From contig QCDI01000002.1 in NCBI GenBank assembly GCA_003280965.1, forward strand, positions 1-64,000: 64,000 nucleotides of DNA. The letters run 5' to 3'. Source of the DNA: Prochlorococcus sp. AG-355-B18 (lineage in GTDB: Bacteria; Cyanobacteriota; Cyanobacteriia; PCC-6307; Cyanobiaceae). Below the pieces are notes generated by a model. That model worked only from the letters and a program-made list of their open reading frames with translations, did no database searches and had not been told where the DNA came from. Position 1 is the first letter of the stretch. Each line of letters starts with the position of its first letter. The translations under genes and the position numbers were made by a program. This document shows, piece by piece, positions 29,293 through 40,664 of the stretch.

Positions 29293-30681
29293 TTATTGAA
29301 ACTTTTTCATCTCTACTTTATTAAAAATCAACGCAATAAAAAGAATTGCGAATGTAATTAGGGCACAAATTTCTGTCCAATAATCTAACCCAATTTTAGA
29401 AATCATTAATGGTGCAAGAACTGTGAATAGTCCCCCAGAAAGAATTAACTGAGCGAAAAGCTGTTTTGACGTAAAAATTGGTAAAGTCTTAGAGATATTT
29501 TTAGGATCTGCAAGCCTTAAAAGAAGTAACCCAGAAGCTACTACCCCTGTAGAATTTCCAAACTCGATCAAGCTTTTTTCAAACCAATAATCATCAAAAA
29601 TAAAGTATGCGAAATAAGCAATGCAGATTAAATTCCAAAATAAACCGAAAATAGTAAACACTAAAATAATTAGCCAATTATCAAAAACAACTGCAATATC
29701 TAAACTCGCCATAGCTGTAAAAATCAATAAGTCTGTGGATAAAATACCAATCTCCCTTTGCAAAATATTTGAAATAAATTCTGTATTTCTGGTTTTCTCT
29801 AAAATATATCTAATAAGGAGCGAACCAATAAGGATAAAAGGGAATACTGGTAGTGAAAAAATAATTTCCTTCGAAAAATAACCAAAAGAATTTGAAATAT
29901 ACCTTAAAAATTTAAGTAGCAAAACACCAAAAGAAATTGCCAAACCAGAGAATCCAAGATTTATTATAAAAATTCTCAAATCTGCAAAAATTCCTGTCTT
30001 GTTTTTTCCCTTTAGAGTATCTTTTTGTTCAAGAATTTCCTCAGTATCTGAAAGACCTAAAGTTCTACCAAGAAAAATAAATATGCTACCCAATATTGAA
30101 GAGGATAAAAGACCCATTGTTGCCATAGCCAAACCAAGATCTAGACCATTTGGGAAACCTAGTTTATTAAAACTTTCACCGATTATTGATGCAGCTCCAT
30201 GACCACCTTCAAAACCTACCTCTATTAAACAACCCATTAGAGGATTTGCATTCATAGATGGAGGTAGAAAATATTTAACAACAAGACCACCGACAAAAAA
30301 TTGTCCGAAACCTAGTGAAAGAGCTAATAGAAATTGATTAAAAATTGGTTTAACTAAACCATTTACATTCGGGATAGGTCTTCCCATCATTAAAGTTGCG
30401 AAGACTAATGATAATAGAGGAGTAGGAAAATTACTCCAAACATTTATTATTTCTTTTGGTAAAAAGTGTATCGCTCCAAATGGGCCTATAGATATACCTA
30501 AAATTCCTGATATAACTGCTATCGGCAATCCAAATCTCTCGAGCTGAACAGCTAGTTTAAATTTCCTCCCAAAAATCAACAAAAAAAATATAATTAATAA
30601 TCCCAAAAAACTTATCAATAGAGAATTTGAAAAAATATCTTGATTCTGTATCGAAAAAATATTCAATGATTTCAAAAACAT
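29293..30681 (-). CDS. gltS: Sodium:glutamate symporter family protein
   Basis: GFEGGHGAA, FGNSTGVVASGLLLLRLADP; many TM helices. Confidence 0.85.
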   Translation of the reverse strand: MFLKSLNIFSIQNQDIFSNSLLISFLGLLIIFFLLIFGRKFKLAVQLERFGLPIAVISGILGISIGPFGAIHFLPKEIINVWSNFPTPLLSLVFATLMMGRPIPNVNGLVKPIFNQFLLALSLGFGQFFVGGLVVKYFLPPSMNANPLMGCLIEVGFEGGHGAASIIGESFNKLGFPNGLDLGLAMATMGLLSSSILGSIFIFLGRTLGLSDTEEILEQKDTLKGKNKTGIFADLRIFIINLGFSGLAISFGVLLLKFLRYISNSFGYFSKEIIFSLPVFPFILIGSLLIRYILEKTRNTEFISNILQREIGILSTDLLIFTAMASLDIAVVFDNWLIILVFTIFGLFWNLICIAYFAYFIFDDYWFEKSLIEFGNSTGVVASGLLLLRLADPKNISKTLPIFTSKQLFAQLILSGGLFTVLAPLMISKIGLDYWTEICALITFAILFIALIFNKVEMKKFQ

Positions 30682-30723
30682 ATAATTATAAATCTAAATT
30701 AATAAACAAAATTTTTCAAATAA

Positions 30724-30750
30724 AAAAGGCTCCTTTAATAGGAGCCTTTT
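30724..30750 (-). terminator. Rho-independent terminator of pcb (possibly bidirectional)
   Basis: AAAAGGCTCCT-TTAAT-AGGAGCCTTTT. Confidence 0.88.
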
Positions 30751-30774
30751 GATATTGGTAAGAAAATTTCAGAA

Positions 30775-31833
30775 TTAATCTTTTAGAGTAACTGTTGCAC
30801 TATCAATATTACTGATAGCATTTGTAACTCTCTTGAAGTCAAAGCCTAGTGCTCTTAAAGCATGCCATAGATGACCTTGAATAAAGAAGAATCCGAAATA
30901 GTAATGAACATTCGCTAACCACGCCCTTGAAGTGTACTCACCATCAGGAAGATCAACAGTATCTACCCAATAAGGAGAAATACTAAATTTCAATTCAAGT
31001 GGTTCACCAAAGAATTCAGTTGGATAAACTGTTGTGTTAGCTGCACTCCAGAAGGCTGCAATAATAGCCATCCAGCCTATTCCAGCTAATGACCATGAAA
31101 GAACAGCTTCTGCGGAGAGAAGGCCTTTACCTTTGAATTTGGTATATTCACCAACTTGCTTAGTAGCAATATGCCAAGCACCACCAGTAATCTCAACGAA
31201 AGCAAGGAAAGCATGACCTCCCATTACTTCTTCAAGACTATCAATAGTCAAGAAGTCTGTTTGGTGATTCCAAATTTTGGCCAAATTTAATTCATACTCA
31301 ACCTGTCTTACAGAACCAATAGCTGGATCATAAATTCCATGAACTCTTGCCCATTCGACAAAAGCAATAACTGCGAAACCAAGAATAATTAGATGGTGAC
31401 CAAGAATAAATGTCAATTTGTCTGGATTATCCCATTCAATATTGAATTTTCTAGCTCTTGCAACATCAGAATCTTCTAAATTTCCAGGAAGAAGTAAAGA
31501 ATGTAAAAGTCCTCCTGCTGCTAAAACCATAGAAGAAACTAAGTGAACTATTGCTATCGCAAGAACAGGTTTAGTGTCTCCCATCGCAACGCCATTAGCA
31601 TCGAACCCTATTCCAAGAGTTGCTAAATGAGGAAGAACGATTAAAGGTTGATGGCCCATTGGTACGCTTGGGTCAAATCGTGAAAGTTCAAAAAGGGTGA
31701 AAGCACCGGCCCAGAAAACAATTAATCCTGCATGAGCTACATGAGCAGCAATAAATTTTCCTGAGCGATTTGCTACACCTGAATTACCAGCCCACCATCC
31801 ATAGGTAGTATCTGGATTTCCATAGGTTTGCAT
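30775..31833 (-). CDS. pcb: Chlorophyll a/b-binding light-harvesting protein Pcb
   Basis: [40 protein letters not shown]. Confidence 0.97.
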   Translation of the reverse strand: MQTYGNPDTTYGWWAGNSGVANRSGKFIAAHVAHAGLIVFWAGAFTLFELSRFDPSVPMGHQPLIVLPHLATLGIGFDANGVAMGDTKPVLAIAIVHLVSSMVLAAGGLLHSLLLPGNLEDSDVARARKFNIEWDNPDKLTFILGHHLIILGFAVIAFVEWARVHGIYDPAIGSVRQVEYELNLAKIWNHQTDFLTIDSLEEVMGGHAFLAFVEITGGAWHIATKQVGEYTKFKGKGLLSAEAVLSWSLAGIGWMAIIAAFWSAANTTVYPTEFFGEPLELKFSISPYWVDTVDLPDGEYTSRAWLANVHYYFGFFFIQGHLWHALRALGFDFKRVTNAISNIDSATVTLKD

Positions 31834-32163
31834 TTAGGAATTGATTAGCTTAAACGTTTTGAGAATACTTTATATTTCACCAAACAGTTGAATTCATAAC
31901 AAAATTGTAAAGGTTAGTAATCCTAGCAATAACTAAACAAAAAAATCTTCCTTGGACAATCGCATAGTAAAGAAGGGACATTTAAGAAGAAAAGTTATTC
32001 TCAAAGATACAAGTTCAAAAAAGAAAATCAGATTTTTAAAATTCAAATACTTTTAATAAATTTCTTTTTGCTGACATAAAACAATGTTTTGTTTCATAAA
32101 AACATAATACTTATTGCCTCATTCACAAACGATTATTAAAAAGGAGATAAGACTTCTAATAAC

Positions 32164-32340
32164 ATGACAACTTCTCAAGAATCTTCTAGAAAAATTTCAC
32201 TAGAAATGAAATCTGAAGTTCACTATAAAAAAGCTGCTAAATCTTACAGAAAATCCCAGCAATATATAAAAATGATTAATTTATATCCAACTTTGCAAAA
32301 TACTCTAATTGATTGCAAGGATGAGAACCTTATTGAATAG
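32164..32340 (+). CDS. Small hypothetical protein, 58 aa (not in ORF track)
   Basis: MTTSQESSRKISLEMKSEVHYKKAAKSYRKSQQYIKMINLYPTLQNTLIDCKDENLIE*; AAGGAG upstream. Confidence 0.5.
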   Translation: MTTSQESSRKISLEMKSEVHYKKAAKSYRKSQQYIKMINLYPTLQNTLIDCKDENLIE

Positions 32341-32384
32341 GGATTAATTATCCTTCCAAATTAATCTTCAAAAGTATATTTTTT

Positions 32385-32618
32385 TTAAGCTGCAATACTC
32401 TCATTTTTTTCAAAATAAAATTTATTTATTATTTGTCTGCACATTTTTATATTGTAAAGGGCTCTAGGCTTCCAAGGTTTTTTCTGACCGAGTGGAGAGC
32501 TTTTCCAATGAATCCCAGGCTTAAGTATTCCATTTTCACGCAAATAAGAAAGTTTAATTTCAGTTATTCCTAGTTTTTCCGCGGTCAACTCAGATGAGCT
32601 CCACATATCCCCTAACAT
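32385..32618 (-). CDS. Small winged-HTH (excisionase/MerR-like) protein
   Basis: TAEKLGITEIKLSYLRENGILKPGIHW. Confidence 0.65.
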   Translation of the reverse strand: MLGDMWSSSELTAEKLGITEIKLSYLRENGILKPGIHWKSSPLGQKKPWKPRALYNIKMCRQIINKFYFEKNESIAA

Positions 32619-32755
32619 TGAATTAAGTAAATATTATTAATCCTTGATAACGTTAATTTTATTGTTTTGAAAGGGGTAAAACTTTTAAATAATTATTAAG
32701 TAACTAAAAACCTAGTATTTACAGAGAGAAAGAGATTTTAAAGATTTATATCAAA

Positions 32756-33055
32756 TTAAGAAATATTAAATAAAGAATCTTCATTAATATATATCTCATC
32801 GATACCCTCTCCTTTATTGATGGATTTAAAGTTAACGTATTCTTCTGTGATGGATTGATGCTTTGAAAGATTGATCCAACCCCTGTGCCAATTTCCACTA
32901 TTTGTTAATTCTTCGTATGTAGTTGTTAAGTTAATTTCAGAATCAAGTACAGAAACCATTAAAAAACTAAAATTTTCTTCTTCTTTAGTTTCATTTACTA
33001 AGACAAAATGTCTCAATCCATTTATGGTTTTATTAGAAGTCCAGTATCTTTCCAT
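32756..33055 (-). CDS. TIGR02450-like Trp-rich protein
   Basis: YWTS...GLRHFVLVN...NWHRGW. Confidence 0.75.
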   Translation of the reverse strand: MERYWTSNKTINGLRHFVLVNETKEEENFSFLMVSVLDSEINLTTTYEELTNSGNWHRGWINLSKHQSITEEYVNFKSINKGEGIDEIYINEDSLFNIS

Positions 33056-33057
33056 AA

Positions 33058-33351
33058 TTATTTTTTCTTAATATTCCCCTCAGGATTTTTTCTAGATATT
33101 TTCTTATATTCATTTCTAATTTCCTCTAATAAAAGTTTTCTTCTATCCATATAGTTAACAGAATCTTGTTTAGATAAGTTATATCTTTCTTTTTTAGTTA
33201 AATTCATCCAGTTATTAAGGTTCTTTTTATTGAAAGTTGTTAATTTTTTAGCCTTCAAAACTTTTTGTCTTCTATTTAATTTAAGAAAATTCCTTAAAAT
33301 GAAAAAAATTAATATAAAAAGAAAAATTATTACAAACTTTAAGAGCATCAC
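33058..33351 (-). CDS. Hypothetical membrane-anchored protein
   Basis: 97 aa, N-terminal TM, overlaps the hisS stop. Confidence 0.65.
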   Translation of the reverse strand: MMLLKFVIIFLFILIFFILRNFLKLNRRQKVLKAKKLTTFNKKNLNNWMNLTKKERYNLSKQDSVNYMDRRKLLLEEIRNEYKKISRKNPEGNIKKK

Positions 33352-34628
33352 TTTGCAAGTAAATTATTATTTATCCATTTTTCCAATTCAATATCATTCT
33401 CAAAAGATATAACCTCTTCTTCATTCCTATTACCTGATTGATCATAGAGCCTTATAGTAAATTCACCTTTAACTGCCTCATCATCACCAATTACAATAAT
33501 ACTTTTAGATTTAAGTTTATTTGCCTTTTTAAATTGTTTAGAAAATGAAGCTCCACTTAAATCCAACTCAACTATCAAATCATAATTTCTTAATTTTCTA
33601 GATAAATCCAAAGCTAAGGTTTCAGCAATTAAGCCTTGATTAATAATATAAATATCAGTATTTCTTGGGATTTCAAGATCTTTTCCTGCTAGTAGAATTA
33701 ATCTTTCAAGACCAATAGCAAATCCAATCGCCGGGGTATTTGGCCCTCCCATTTGTTTTATTAAATCATCGTATCTTCCTCCCCCGCAAACTGTGGCTTG
33801 GGAACCTAAAGCACCACTTGTGATTTCAAAAGCAGTATGGGTGTAATAATCTAAACCTCTTACTAAATTAAAATTTTCCACGTAAGGTATTTTTAAAACC
33901 TCTAATTGTTTTTTCAAGTCTGAAAATCTGTTATGACTTTTTTCAGACAAAAAATCAAATAATCTTGGTGCCTTTTCAAGAGCTTTTTTTGTTTGTATAT
34001 TTTTTGAGTCCAAAATCCTCAAAGGGTTTTTAGTAATTCTATTTTGAGAATCTAAATCTAAAGAATCTTTATTTATTTCTAGCCATTTTAAAAAGGATTT
34101 TTGAAAATTTGATCTGTCATTTGTATCACCTAAAGTATTTATTTCAAGATTGAGTTCTTTTATTCCTAATTTTCCTAAGATATCCCAAGCTAAAGCAATA
34201 ATTTCAACATCACTTCTAACTGAATCATGCCCTATAAACTCAACGCCTAACTGATGAAACTGTCTTTGTCTGCCTGCTTGAGGTCTTTCATATCGAAACA
34301 TAGGACCCATGTACCAAAGTTTTTGAAGAGGATTAGACGATATTCCATTTTGTATTAACGCTCGCGCGACTGAGGCTGTTCCTTCGGGTCTGAGAGTACA
34401 GGATCTCTCCCCTCTATCAAGAAATGTATACATTTCCTTACTGACAACATCTGTTCCTTCACCAATTCCTCTTATAAATAACTCGGTCATTTCCAGTATT
34501 GGTGTTCTTATTTCTTTGATGGATGCTCTTGAAAGCTGTTCCAATACAATTTTCTCAACGTTTTGCCACTTTATTAATTGATCAGGCAATAAGTCTACTG
34601 TTCCTCTTAGATTTTTTAAGTTATTCAA
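33348..34628 (-). CDS. hisS: Histidine--tRNA ligase
   Basis: LRPEGTA, FRYERPQAGRQRQFHQ, LVRGLDYY, GGGRYD. Confidence 0.98.
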   Translation of the reverse strand: MNNLKNLRGTVDLLPDQLIKWQNVEKIVLEQLSRASIKEIRTPILEMTELFIRGIGEGTDVVSKEMYTFLDRGERSCTLRPEGTASVARALIQNGISSNPLQKLWYMGPMFRYERPQAGRQRQFHQLGVEFIGHDSVRSDVEIIALAWDILGKLGIKELNLEINTLGDTNDRSNFQKSFLKWLEINKDSLDLDSQNRITKNPLRILDSKNIQTKKALEKAPRLFDFLSEKSHNRFSDLKKQLEVLKIPYVENFNLVRGLDYYTHTAFEITSGALGSQATVCGGGRYDDLIKQMGGPNTPAIGFAIGLERLILLAGKDLEIPRNTDIYIINQGLIAETLALDLSRKLRNYDLIVELDLSGASFSKQFKKANKLKSKSIIVIGDDEAVKGEFTIRLYDQSGNRNEEEVISFENDIELEKWINNNLLAK

Positions 34629-34726
34629 AGTTCTAAAAAATAATTCAAAATTTTTAATTCATCTAGAAATTAATCCTTGATTGGTTATTCTGTGAGACAA
34701 TTTTAATTTAACATTTAGAAAAACTA

Positions 34727-35149
34727 TTGGGAATTAATAAAAATAAAGAGAATCAGCATTGCGGTACAAAGCCAAAAAAAATTGCTTTTGGAATAGCACC
34801 TCTTGGTATAGTTTCAATAGGCATAGTGCCAATGGGAGTAATAAGTATTGGGGTAGTCCCAATGGGTGTATTTTCTTTTGGTGCAGTAGCAATGGGAATA
34901 GTAAATTTATCAGTAGTTGGGATGGGAATTATCTCTGCCGGTGTTACTACTATGGGAATATGGGAGTATTCGCCTAATTCTCATAACAATCATCATAATC
35001 ATTCCAAAAAAGTTTCAAATTCAAACAAGGAAAATATGATGTCAGATCTATTTAATACTAAACAAGAGGCAGAAGAAGCTGCCACAAAATACGGTTGTGT
35101 TGGAGCACATAAAATGGGTAATAAATGGATGCCTTGTAAGATGCACTAA
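34727..35149 (+). CDS. Gly-repeat hydrophobic protein with a C-terminal DUF3721-like domain
   Basis: Gly every 5 residues, His-rich linker, GCVGAHKMGNKWMPC. Confidence 0.7.
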   Translation: MGINKNKENQHCGTKPKKIAFGIAPLGIVSIGIVPMGVISIGVVPMGVFSFGAVAMGIVNLSVVGMGIISAGVTTMGIWEYSPNSHNNHHNHSKKVSNSNKENMMSDLFNTKQEAEEAATKYGCVGAHKMGNKWMPCKMH

Positions 35150-35179
35150 ATATTTTCTTAGTCAAAAATTTATTAAATA

Positions 35180-35959
35180 TTAATTCAAAATCTCTACTCT
35201 AAATTCAAGATTTTTTGCCTCATCAGTAGTTAATTTTCTTGACCAAGCTCCTTGCACAGGACTATTCCATCTGAACCCAGCATTTTTAGCTAAAGACCTA
35301 TCTTCGTAACTAATCAATGCCTTGTATAAAAACCTCGGCTCAGTAGCTTTAAGTAAAAGTTCCTCTAAATTATCACATTTTTTGAAGACTTCAGATATGT
35401 AAAAGCAATCAGATAAAGCTCTATGTAAATTCCAAACTGGTATTGAAAAAGATAAAGCTAGATCAGTTACGGAGGGTCTATTTTTTAGCGATTTTTGAAA
35501 AGACCAATTAATATCTTCTAAACTACATATCCATTTTTTATTAAGTTTAGGTAATCTTCCTCTCCCAAACCATTTCTTATCAAACTCTACATTATGCGCG
35601 ACAATGAAATCCGAACAATCAACAAGTTTTAAAAAGAAATTCAATCCATCTTCCCATGGTTGAGAAATATTAGTTACTTCTGCCGATATGCCATTAACAT
35701 ATTCTGCATCATTATTATTAACCGGGAACAAAAATGAAACTTGTGAAAGCACGCACTTAAAAGATACATCAAACAAAATACAACCTATCTCTATCACTTC
35801 ATCTTTATTTGCATCTAAACCTGTTGTTTCAGTATCAAGAATTAAAATTTTTTCAATTTTTTTATTCTTATTAGCAACACTATCTTCAGATGGATAACTT
35901 ATAACTTGATCCTGAAGAATATCCAATTGATTTAATTCTTTTTTGTTAGATAGTTCCAA
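35180..35959 (-). CDS. DEDDh 3'-5' exonuclease (DnaQ-like)
   Basis: LDTETTG, AHNVEFD, HRALSDC. Confidence 0.9.
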   Translation of the reverse strand: MELSNKKELNQLDILQDQVISYPSEDSVANKNKKIEKILILDTETTGLDANKDEVIEIGCILFDVSFKCVLSQVSFLFPVNNNDAEYVNGISAEVTNISQPWEDGLNFFLKLVDCSDFIVAHNVEFDKKWFGRGRLPKLNKKWICSLEDINWSFQKSLKNRPSVTDLALSFSIPVWNLHRALSDCFYISEVFKKCDNLEELLLKATEPRFLYKALISYEDRSLAKNAGFRWNSPVQGAWSRKLTTDEAKNLEFRVEILN

Positions 35960-36076
35960 TTAACTGAAAACACTTTCATTTATCTTGACGCATTTAATAA
36001 AAATTTCTCTTAAATTAATATAAATTAAGAAACATGATTAGAAAATAATTTTTGAAACATTCTTAGTTAATGAAAT

Positions 36077-36799
36077 ATGACTTTTACAAAATATCAATTT
36101 AATAATTTTTGTTATTGGCCTTCAAATCCTAAAAAAATTGTGGAATTTATTGGTGGAAGTTATCTAGCTTCTAAACCAGATTTAACTTATAGAAGATTTA
36201 TCGAGAGTTTAATCAACAAAAACTATGCCGTACATGCATATAAATACACTCCACAATTTGATCACCAACAACTTGCAATTAAAGCATGGAGGGATTTCAA
36301 GAATTGCCGAATATCTTTATCAAAGAGAATAGGAACATCAATTCCATCAATAAGAATTGGTCATAGTCTAGGCTGCAAACTTCATCTAATTTCCCCTGAT
36401 GGTGGAAGAAATTGCGAGAAATTCATATCAATAAGTTTTAATAACTTCAGTGCTAACAAATCTATTCCTTTATTGAAACAAATTTCTCAAAAATTAGAAT
36501 TCAATAGTGAATTCAGCCCAAGCCCTGAAAGAACTTTGCGATTAATTGAAAAAACATATAATCAAAAAAATAACTTCCTAATAAAATTCAACTCAGACGA
36601 ATTAGATCAAACAGATAAATTATTTTCTTGTCTGAAAGCAAGAAAAGAAGATAATTCTAAGGGGGTAATGTTAAAAGGTACACACACTATAATTGCAAGC
36701 GCAGGACTAAGAGAAAATTTTTTGGGAGACTGGGCCGATGATGAATTCAAAAGAAATACTATAAAAAAAATTTCCAATTTAATTGATGAATCTGATTAG
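36077..36799 (+). CDS. DUF1350 family alpha/beta hydrolase-like protein
   Basis: [25 protein letters not shown]. Confidence 0.85.
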   Translation: MTFTKYQFNNFCYWPSNPKKIVEFIGGSYLASKPDLTYRRFIESLINKNYAVHAYKYTPQFDHQQLAIKAWRDFKNCRISLSKRIGTSIPSIRIGHSLGCKLHLISPDGGRNCEKFISISFNNFSANKSIPLLKQISQKLEFNSEFSPSPERTLRLIEKTYNQKNNFLIKFNSDELDQTDKLFSCLKARKEDNSKGVMLKGTHTIIASAGLRENFLGDWADDEFKRNTIKKISNLIDESD

Positions 36800-38778
36800 G
36801 ATAATTCTTTCAGCTTTTCCAAAACAGAACTATCTTCAAGAGTGCTTATATCACCGCTAATTTTTTCTCCAGCAGCCAAAGATCTTAAAATTCGCCTCAT
36901 AATTTTTCCACTACGTGTTTTTGGGAGAGAGTCAGAAATTATAATCTTTTCAGGCTTTGCGATAATTCCAATTTCATTAACAACATGTTTCTTTAGATCC
37001 TCTACTAATTCTGAAGAACCGTTCACGTCCTTCTCTAGAGATACAAAAGCTACTATAACTTCACCTTTTAAATCATCTTTTTTGCCAACGACTGCAGACT
37101 CTGCAACTGATTTATGACTTACCAAAGCAGATTCTATTTCCATTGTTCCTAACCGATGCCCTGAAACACTTATGACATCATCTACTCTTCCCATGATCCA
37201 TATATATCCATCTTCATCAATGCGTGCTCCATCTCCAGCAAAATAAACATTTTTTTCTCCTTTAAAGGAAATATATTCCCAATAACTCTCCAAATATCTC
37301 TCTGAGTTTCCATGAATTGTTCTCATCATTCCTGGCCATGGTTTCTTAATAATTAAATAACCACCCTCATTCTCCTTAACCTTATTTCCATTCTTATCGA
37401 CGATTTCAACTTCGATTCCTGGCAGAGGGAAAGTAGCTGAACCTGGCTTTGTAGCAACGATTCCAGGCAAGGGACTTATCATCACACCACCAGTCTCAGT
37501 TTGCCACCAAGTATCCACAATTGGGCATTTATTTTTACCAATAACATCCTTGTACCATATCCATGCTTCAGGATTAATTGGTTCTCCAACTGTGCCCAAA
37601 AGTCTAAGACTATCAAGATTATATTTATCAGGGATTTCACGCCCAGACTTCATAAATGCTCTTATTGCAGTTGGTGCAGTATAAAAAATAGAAACCTTAT
37701 ATTTTTGAACAATTTCCCAAAAAGCCCCTAAATTTGAGGGTCTTGGCACTCCCTCATACATTAAGGTTGTAGCACCATTAGATAAAGGCCCATAAACTAT
37801 GTAACTATGACCTGTAATCCAACCAACATCAGCAGTACACCAGTAAATGTCGTCATCTTTCAAATCAAAAATCCATTTAAATGTCAAATGGGACCAAAGA
37901 TTGTAACCACCTGTAGTGTGAACTACACCTTTGGGCTTTCCAGTAGAGCCTGACGTGTAAAGAATAAAAAGTCTATCTTCGCTATTCATTATTTCTGGTT
38001 CACACTGATCTTTTTGATCTTTTAGTAATTCATGCCACCATAAATCTCTATCATCAACCATCGAAATATTTTTTTTTGTTCGTTGAACAACAACTACTTT
38101 TTCAACAACTTTATCTGCCCCACTTTCAATAGCCGCATCAACTGCTTGCTTGAGTTCAATCACTTTATCTTTTCTAAAGCCACCATCAGCAGTAATAACA
38201 AATCTTGCGTTTCCATCAATTAACCTATCTTTTAAAGCTTCTGAAGAAAATCCTCCGAAGACAACTGAATGAGGCGCACCAATTCTTGCACAAGCTAACA
38301 TCGCAAACATCGCTTCAGGAATCATCGGCATATAAATACATACCAAATCTCCTTTTTTTACACCAATTGCTTTTAATGCATTAGCTGCTTTACATACCTC
38401 TTTTAGAAGTTCTTCGTAAGTATATTTTTTACTATCTCCGGGTTCACCTTCCCATATAAGTGCAGTTTTTGCTCCAAGTCTTTTTTTGATATGCCTATCT
38501 AAGCAATTATATGTAATATTGATTTTCCCTTCTTTAAACCACTTAAAAAAGGGGGCATTATCACTATCTAATACAGTTTGGAATGGCTCAAACCAATCTA
38601 TTTCAGATTTTGCGAAAGATTCCCAAAATTTAGTTGGATTATCTAAGGCTTGTTTTTTTAAACTAAGAAATTCTTTTTGAGATCTAATATTTGAGTTTTC
38701 TGCAAATTTTTTTGAAGGAGGGAAAATTCTACTTTCTTCAAGAATGTTATTAATTGAATTTTTTTTATCTAATGACAT
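36796..38778 (-). CDS. acs: Acetyl-CoA synthetase
   Basis: [32 protein letters not shown]. Confidence 0.97.
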   Translation of the reverse strand: MSLDKKNSINNILEESRIFPPSKKFAENSNIRSQKEFLSLKKQALDNPTKFWESFAKSEIDWFEPFQTVLDSDNAPFFKWFKEGKINITYNCLDRHIKKRLGAKTALIWEGEPGDSKKYTYEELLKEVCKAANALKAIGVKKGDLVCIYMPMIPEAMFAMLACARIGAPHSVVFGGFSSEALKDRLIDGNARFVITADGGFRKDKVIELKQAVDAAIESGADKVVEKVVVVQRTKKNISMVDDRDLWWHELLKDQKDQCEPEIMNSEDRLFILYTSGSTGKPKGVVHTTGGYNLWSHLTFKWIFDLKDDDIYWCTADVGWITGHSYIVYGPLSNGATTLMYEGVPRPSNLGAFWEIVQKYKVSIFYTAPTAIRAFMKSGREIPDKYNLDSLRLLGTVGEPINPEAWIWYKDVIGKNKCPIVDTWWQTETGGVMISPLPGIVATKPGSATFPLPGIEVEIVDKNGNKVKENEGGYLIIKKPWPGMMRTIHGNSERYLESYWEYISFKGEKNVYFAGDGARIDEDGYIWIMGRVDDVISVSGHRLGTMEIESALVSHKSVAESAVVGKKDDLKGEVIVAFVSLEKDVNGSSELVEDLKKHVVNEIGIIAKPEKIIISDSLPKTRSGKIMRRILRSLAAGEKISGDISTLEDSSVLEKLKELS

Positions 38779-38870
38779 TAAATAATTTGATGCTTAATAA
38801 ACTTAGACGAAAAAATTATCGTTTTCAAAAATTTTAATATTAATTTAGCTGAAAACTCTTTTTAATAAAT

Positions 38871-39842
38871 TCAATAAAGACGGCCGAGAACAAATTCTGG
38901 TAGAGCCATTAACGCTCTTTTATACTCTGAGTCAGGAAGCCAAACAATTGCTTCTTTAGAACGCATTGCAAAATCCTCAGCTAATTTCCTAGAGCTTTTA
39001 ATTGCCTTAGAATTCATAATAATGTTAAGAGCATTATCTAAATCATCTTTTTCAGCTAGTTCTCTATTTATTAGAACTGACAATTTTTTATTCTCTTCTA
39101 AGGCATATAAAACTGGTGCAGTGAGATATCCACTAGCAAGATCACTTATAGCAGGTTTTCCAAGTTGCTTATCGTTCCCAGTAAAGTCAAGTATGTCATC
39201 TACAACTTGAAAAGCCAGGCCAATATTTTTACCGAAATCATATAACGAGTTTAATTTCTCATCGTTAAGATCACTTAAAACACCAGCTGCTTTACAGCTA
39301 TTAGCAATTAAAGACGCAGTTTTACAATAGCTTTTGTTTATGTATTTTGAAAAAGATTGAGCAGAATCGAATCTATTTAGATTTTGTTTAATTTCACCTT
39401 CAGCTAAATCCATTATCACTCTACTAAGTAATTTAACAACTTTGACATTATCAAGGTTTGCCAAGTGCCAACTTGCTTGTGCGAATAAGAAATCACCTGC
39501 CAAAACAGCAACTCTAGTATTAAATCTACTATGAACAGTATCTACACCTCTTCTTGTAGAGGCTTCATCAACAACATCATCATGGACTAATGAAGCTGTA
39601 TGAATCATTTCAGTTATTTCAGCAAGCCTTTTATGTTTACTTTTTAAACTGAATTCAGGAGATATCGCTTTTGAAATTAACAAAACAATGCCCGGTCTTA
39701 GTCTTTTTCCTCCCGCACTAAAAAGATGTTCAGCTGCGGCTTGAAGAATTGGATGACCAGCTCCTATTAGATTTTTCAGCTCAAGAATAAGATCATCAAG
39801 ATCATTTTCAACTGGTTGTAGTAATTCTGTTACTGTGTTCAT
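38871..39842 (-). CDS. sds: Solanesyl diphosphate synthase
   Basis: GGKRLRP, HDDVVD and DDILD aspartate-rich motifs. Confidence 0.9.
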   Translation of the reverse strand: MNTVTELLQPVENDLDDLILELKNLIGAGHPILQAAAEHLFSAGGKRLRPGIVLLISKAISPEFSLKSKHKRLAEITEMIHTASLVHDDVVDEASTRRGVDTVHSRFNTRVAVLAGDFLFAQASWHLANLDNVKVVKLLSRVIMDLAEGEIKQNLNRFDSAQSFSKYINKSYCKTASLIANSCKAAGVLSDLNDEKLNSLYDFGKNIGLAFQVVDDILDFTGNDKQLGKPAISDLASGYLTAPVLYALEENKKLSVLINRELAEKDDLDNALNIIMNSKAIKSSRKLAEDFAMRSKEAIVWLPDSEYKRALMALPEFVLGRLY

Positions 39843-39869
39843 GATTGACCTCTTTTATATATTAAGTAA

Positions 39870-40664
39870 TCAAACATTGCTTCGGAGGTTAACAACACTA
39901 ATTTCTTTATTAATTTCAAGCCAAAATTTTACTTTTTTGTAAAATTCATCTTTTTTTGAAGTAACAAAAAAATCTACATTATCGTAAGAAATACTTTCAT
40001 AGCGTTCAGTTTTTGGAATTATAAAAGCTTCATTGAATTTTTTTATTAACGCTTCAGATGGATCAATAATTTTTATATTTGAATCTATTTTTTTTCTTAA
40101 GAAGTCATAAATTAAAGGATAATGGCTACACCCAAGTATTAGTTCTTCAATATTTTCATTTAAAAGTGGTCTTAAATACAAATCAGCGAGATAATTTAAC
40201 TTATTAAAATTAATCTTGTCTTTTTCAATTTCTGATACAAATTCTGGACATTCTTGTTGGAATATTTTTAAATTCTCTTTTTTAGAATTTATAGCATTTT
40301 TATAAAATGATGATCTGGTTGTTGTTTGAGTTGCCAAGACCCCAATTATTTTTTTATTAACTATTTCGGATACTGAGTTTATAAGGTCAAAACAAGGGAT
40401 CCTTAAGTTATTTTCTAAAATATCAAGTGCACATGCATTTGTAGTGTTACAAGCTATTAAAATTGCATCCAAATTTTTATCTTCAAAAAAACTGCAAATC
40501 TCTTCTGCAATGACTCTTATCTCTTTATAATTTTTATTTCCAAAAGGAATTCTTTTTGTATCAGCCAAATAAATAACTTCAACATCCTTACGTGTTTTTA
40601 GTAAAGAATTAAGGATAGTAAAACCTCCTATACCACTATCAAATATACCTACTTTAATTTTCAC
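39870..40664 (-). CDS. murI: Glutamate racemase
   Basis: FDSGIGG, ACNT, LGCSHYP. Confidence 0.95.
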   Translation of the reverse strand: MKIKVGIFDSGIGGFTILNSLLKTRKDVEVIYLADTKRIPFGNKNYKEIRVIAEEICSFFEDKNLDAILIACNTTNACALDILENNLRIPCFDLINSVSEIVNKKIIGVLATQTTTRSSFYKNAINSKKENLKIFQQECPEFVSEIEKDKINFNKLNYLADLYLRPLLNENIEELILGCSHYPLIYDFLRKKIDSNIKIIDPSEALIKKFNEAFIIPKTERYESISYDNVDFFVTSKKDEFYKKVKFWLEINKEISVVNLRSNV

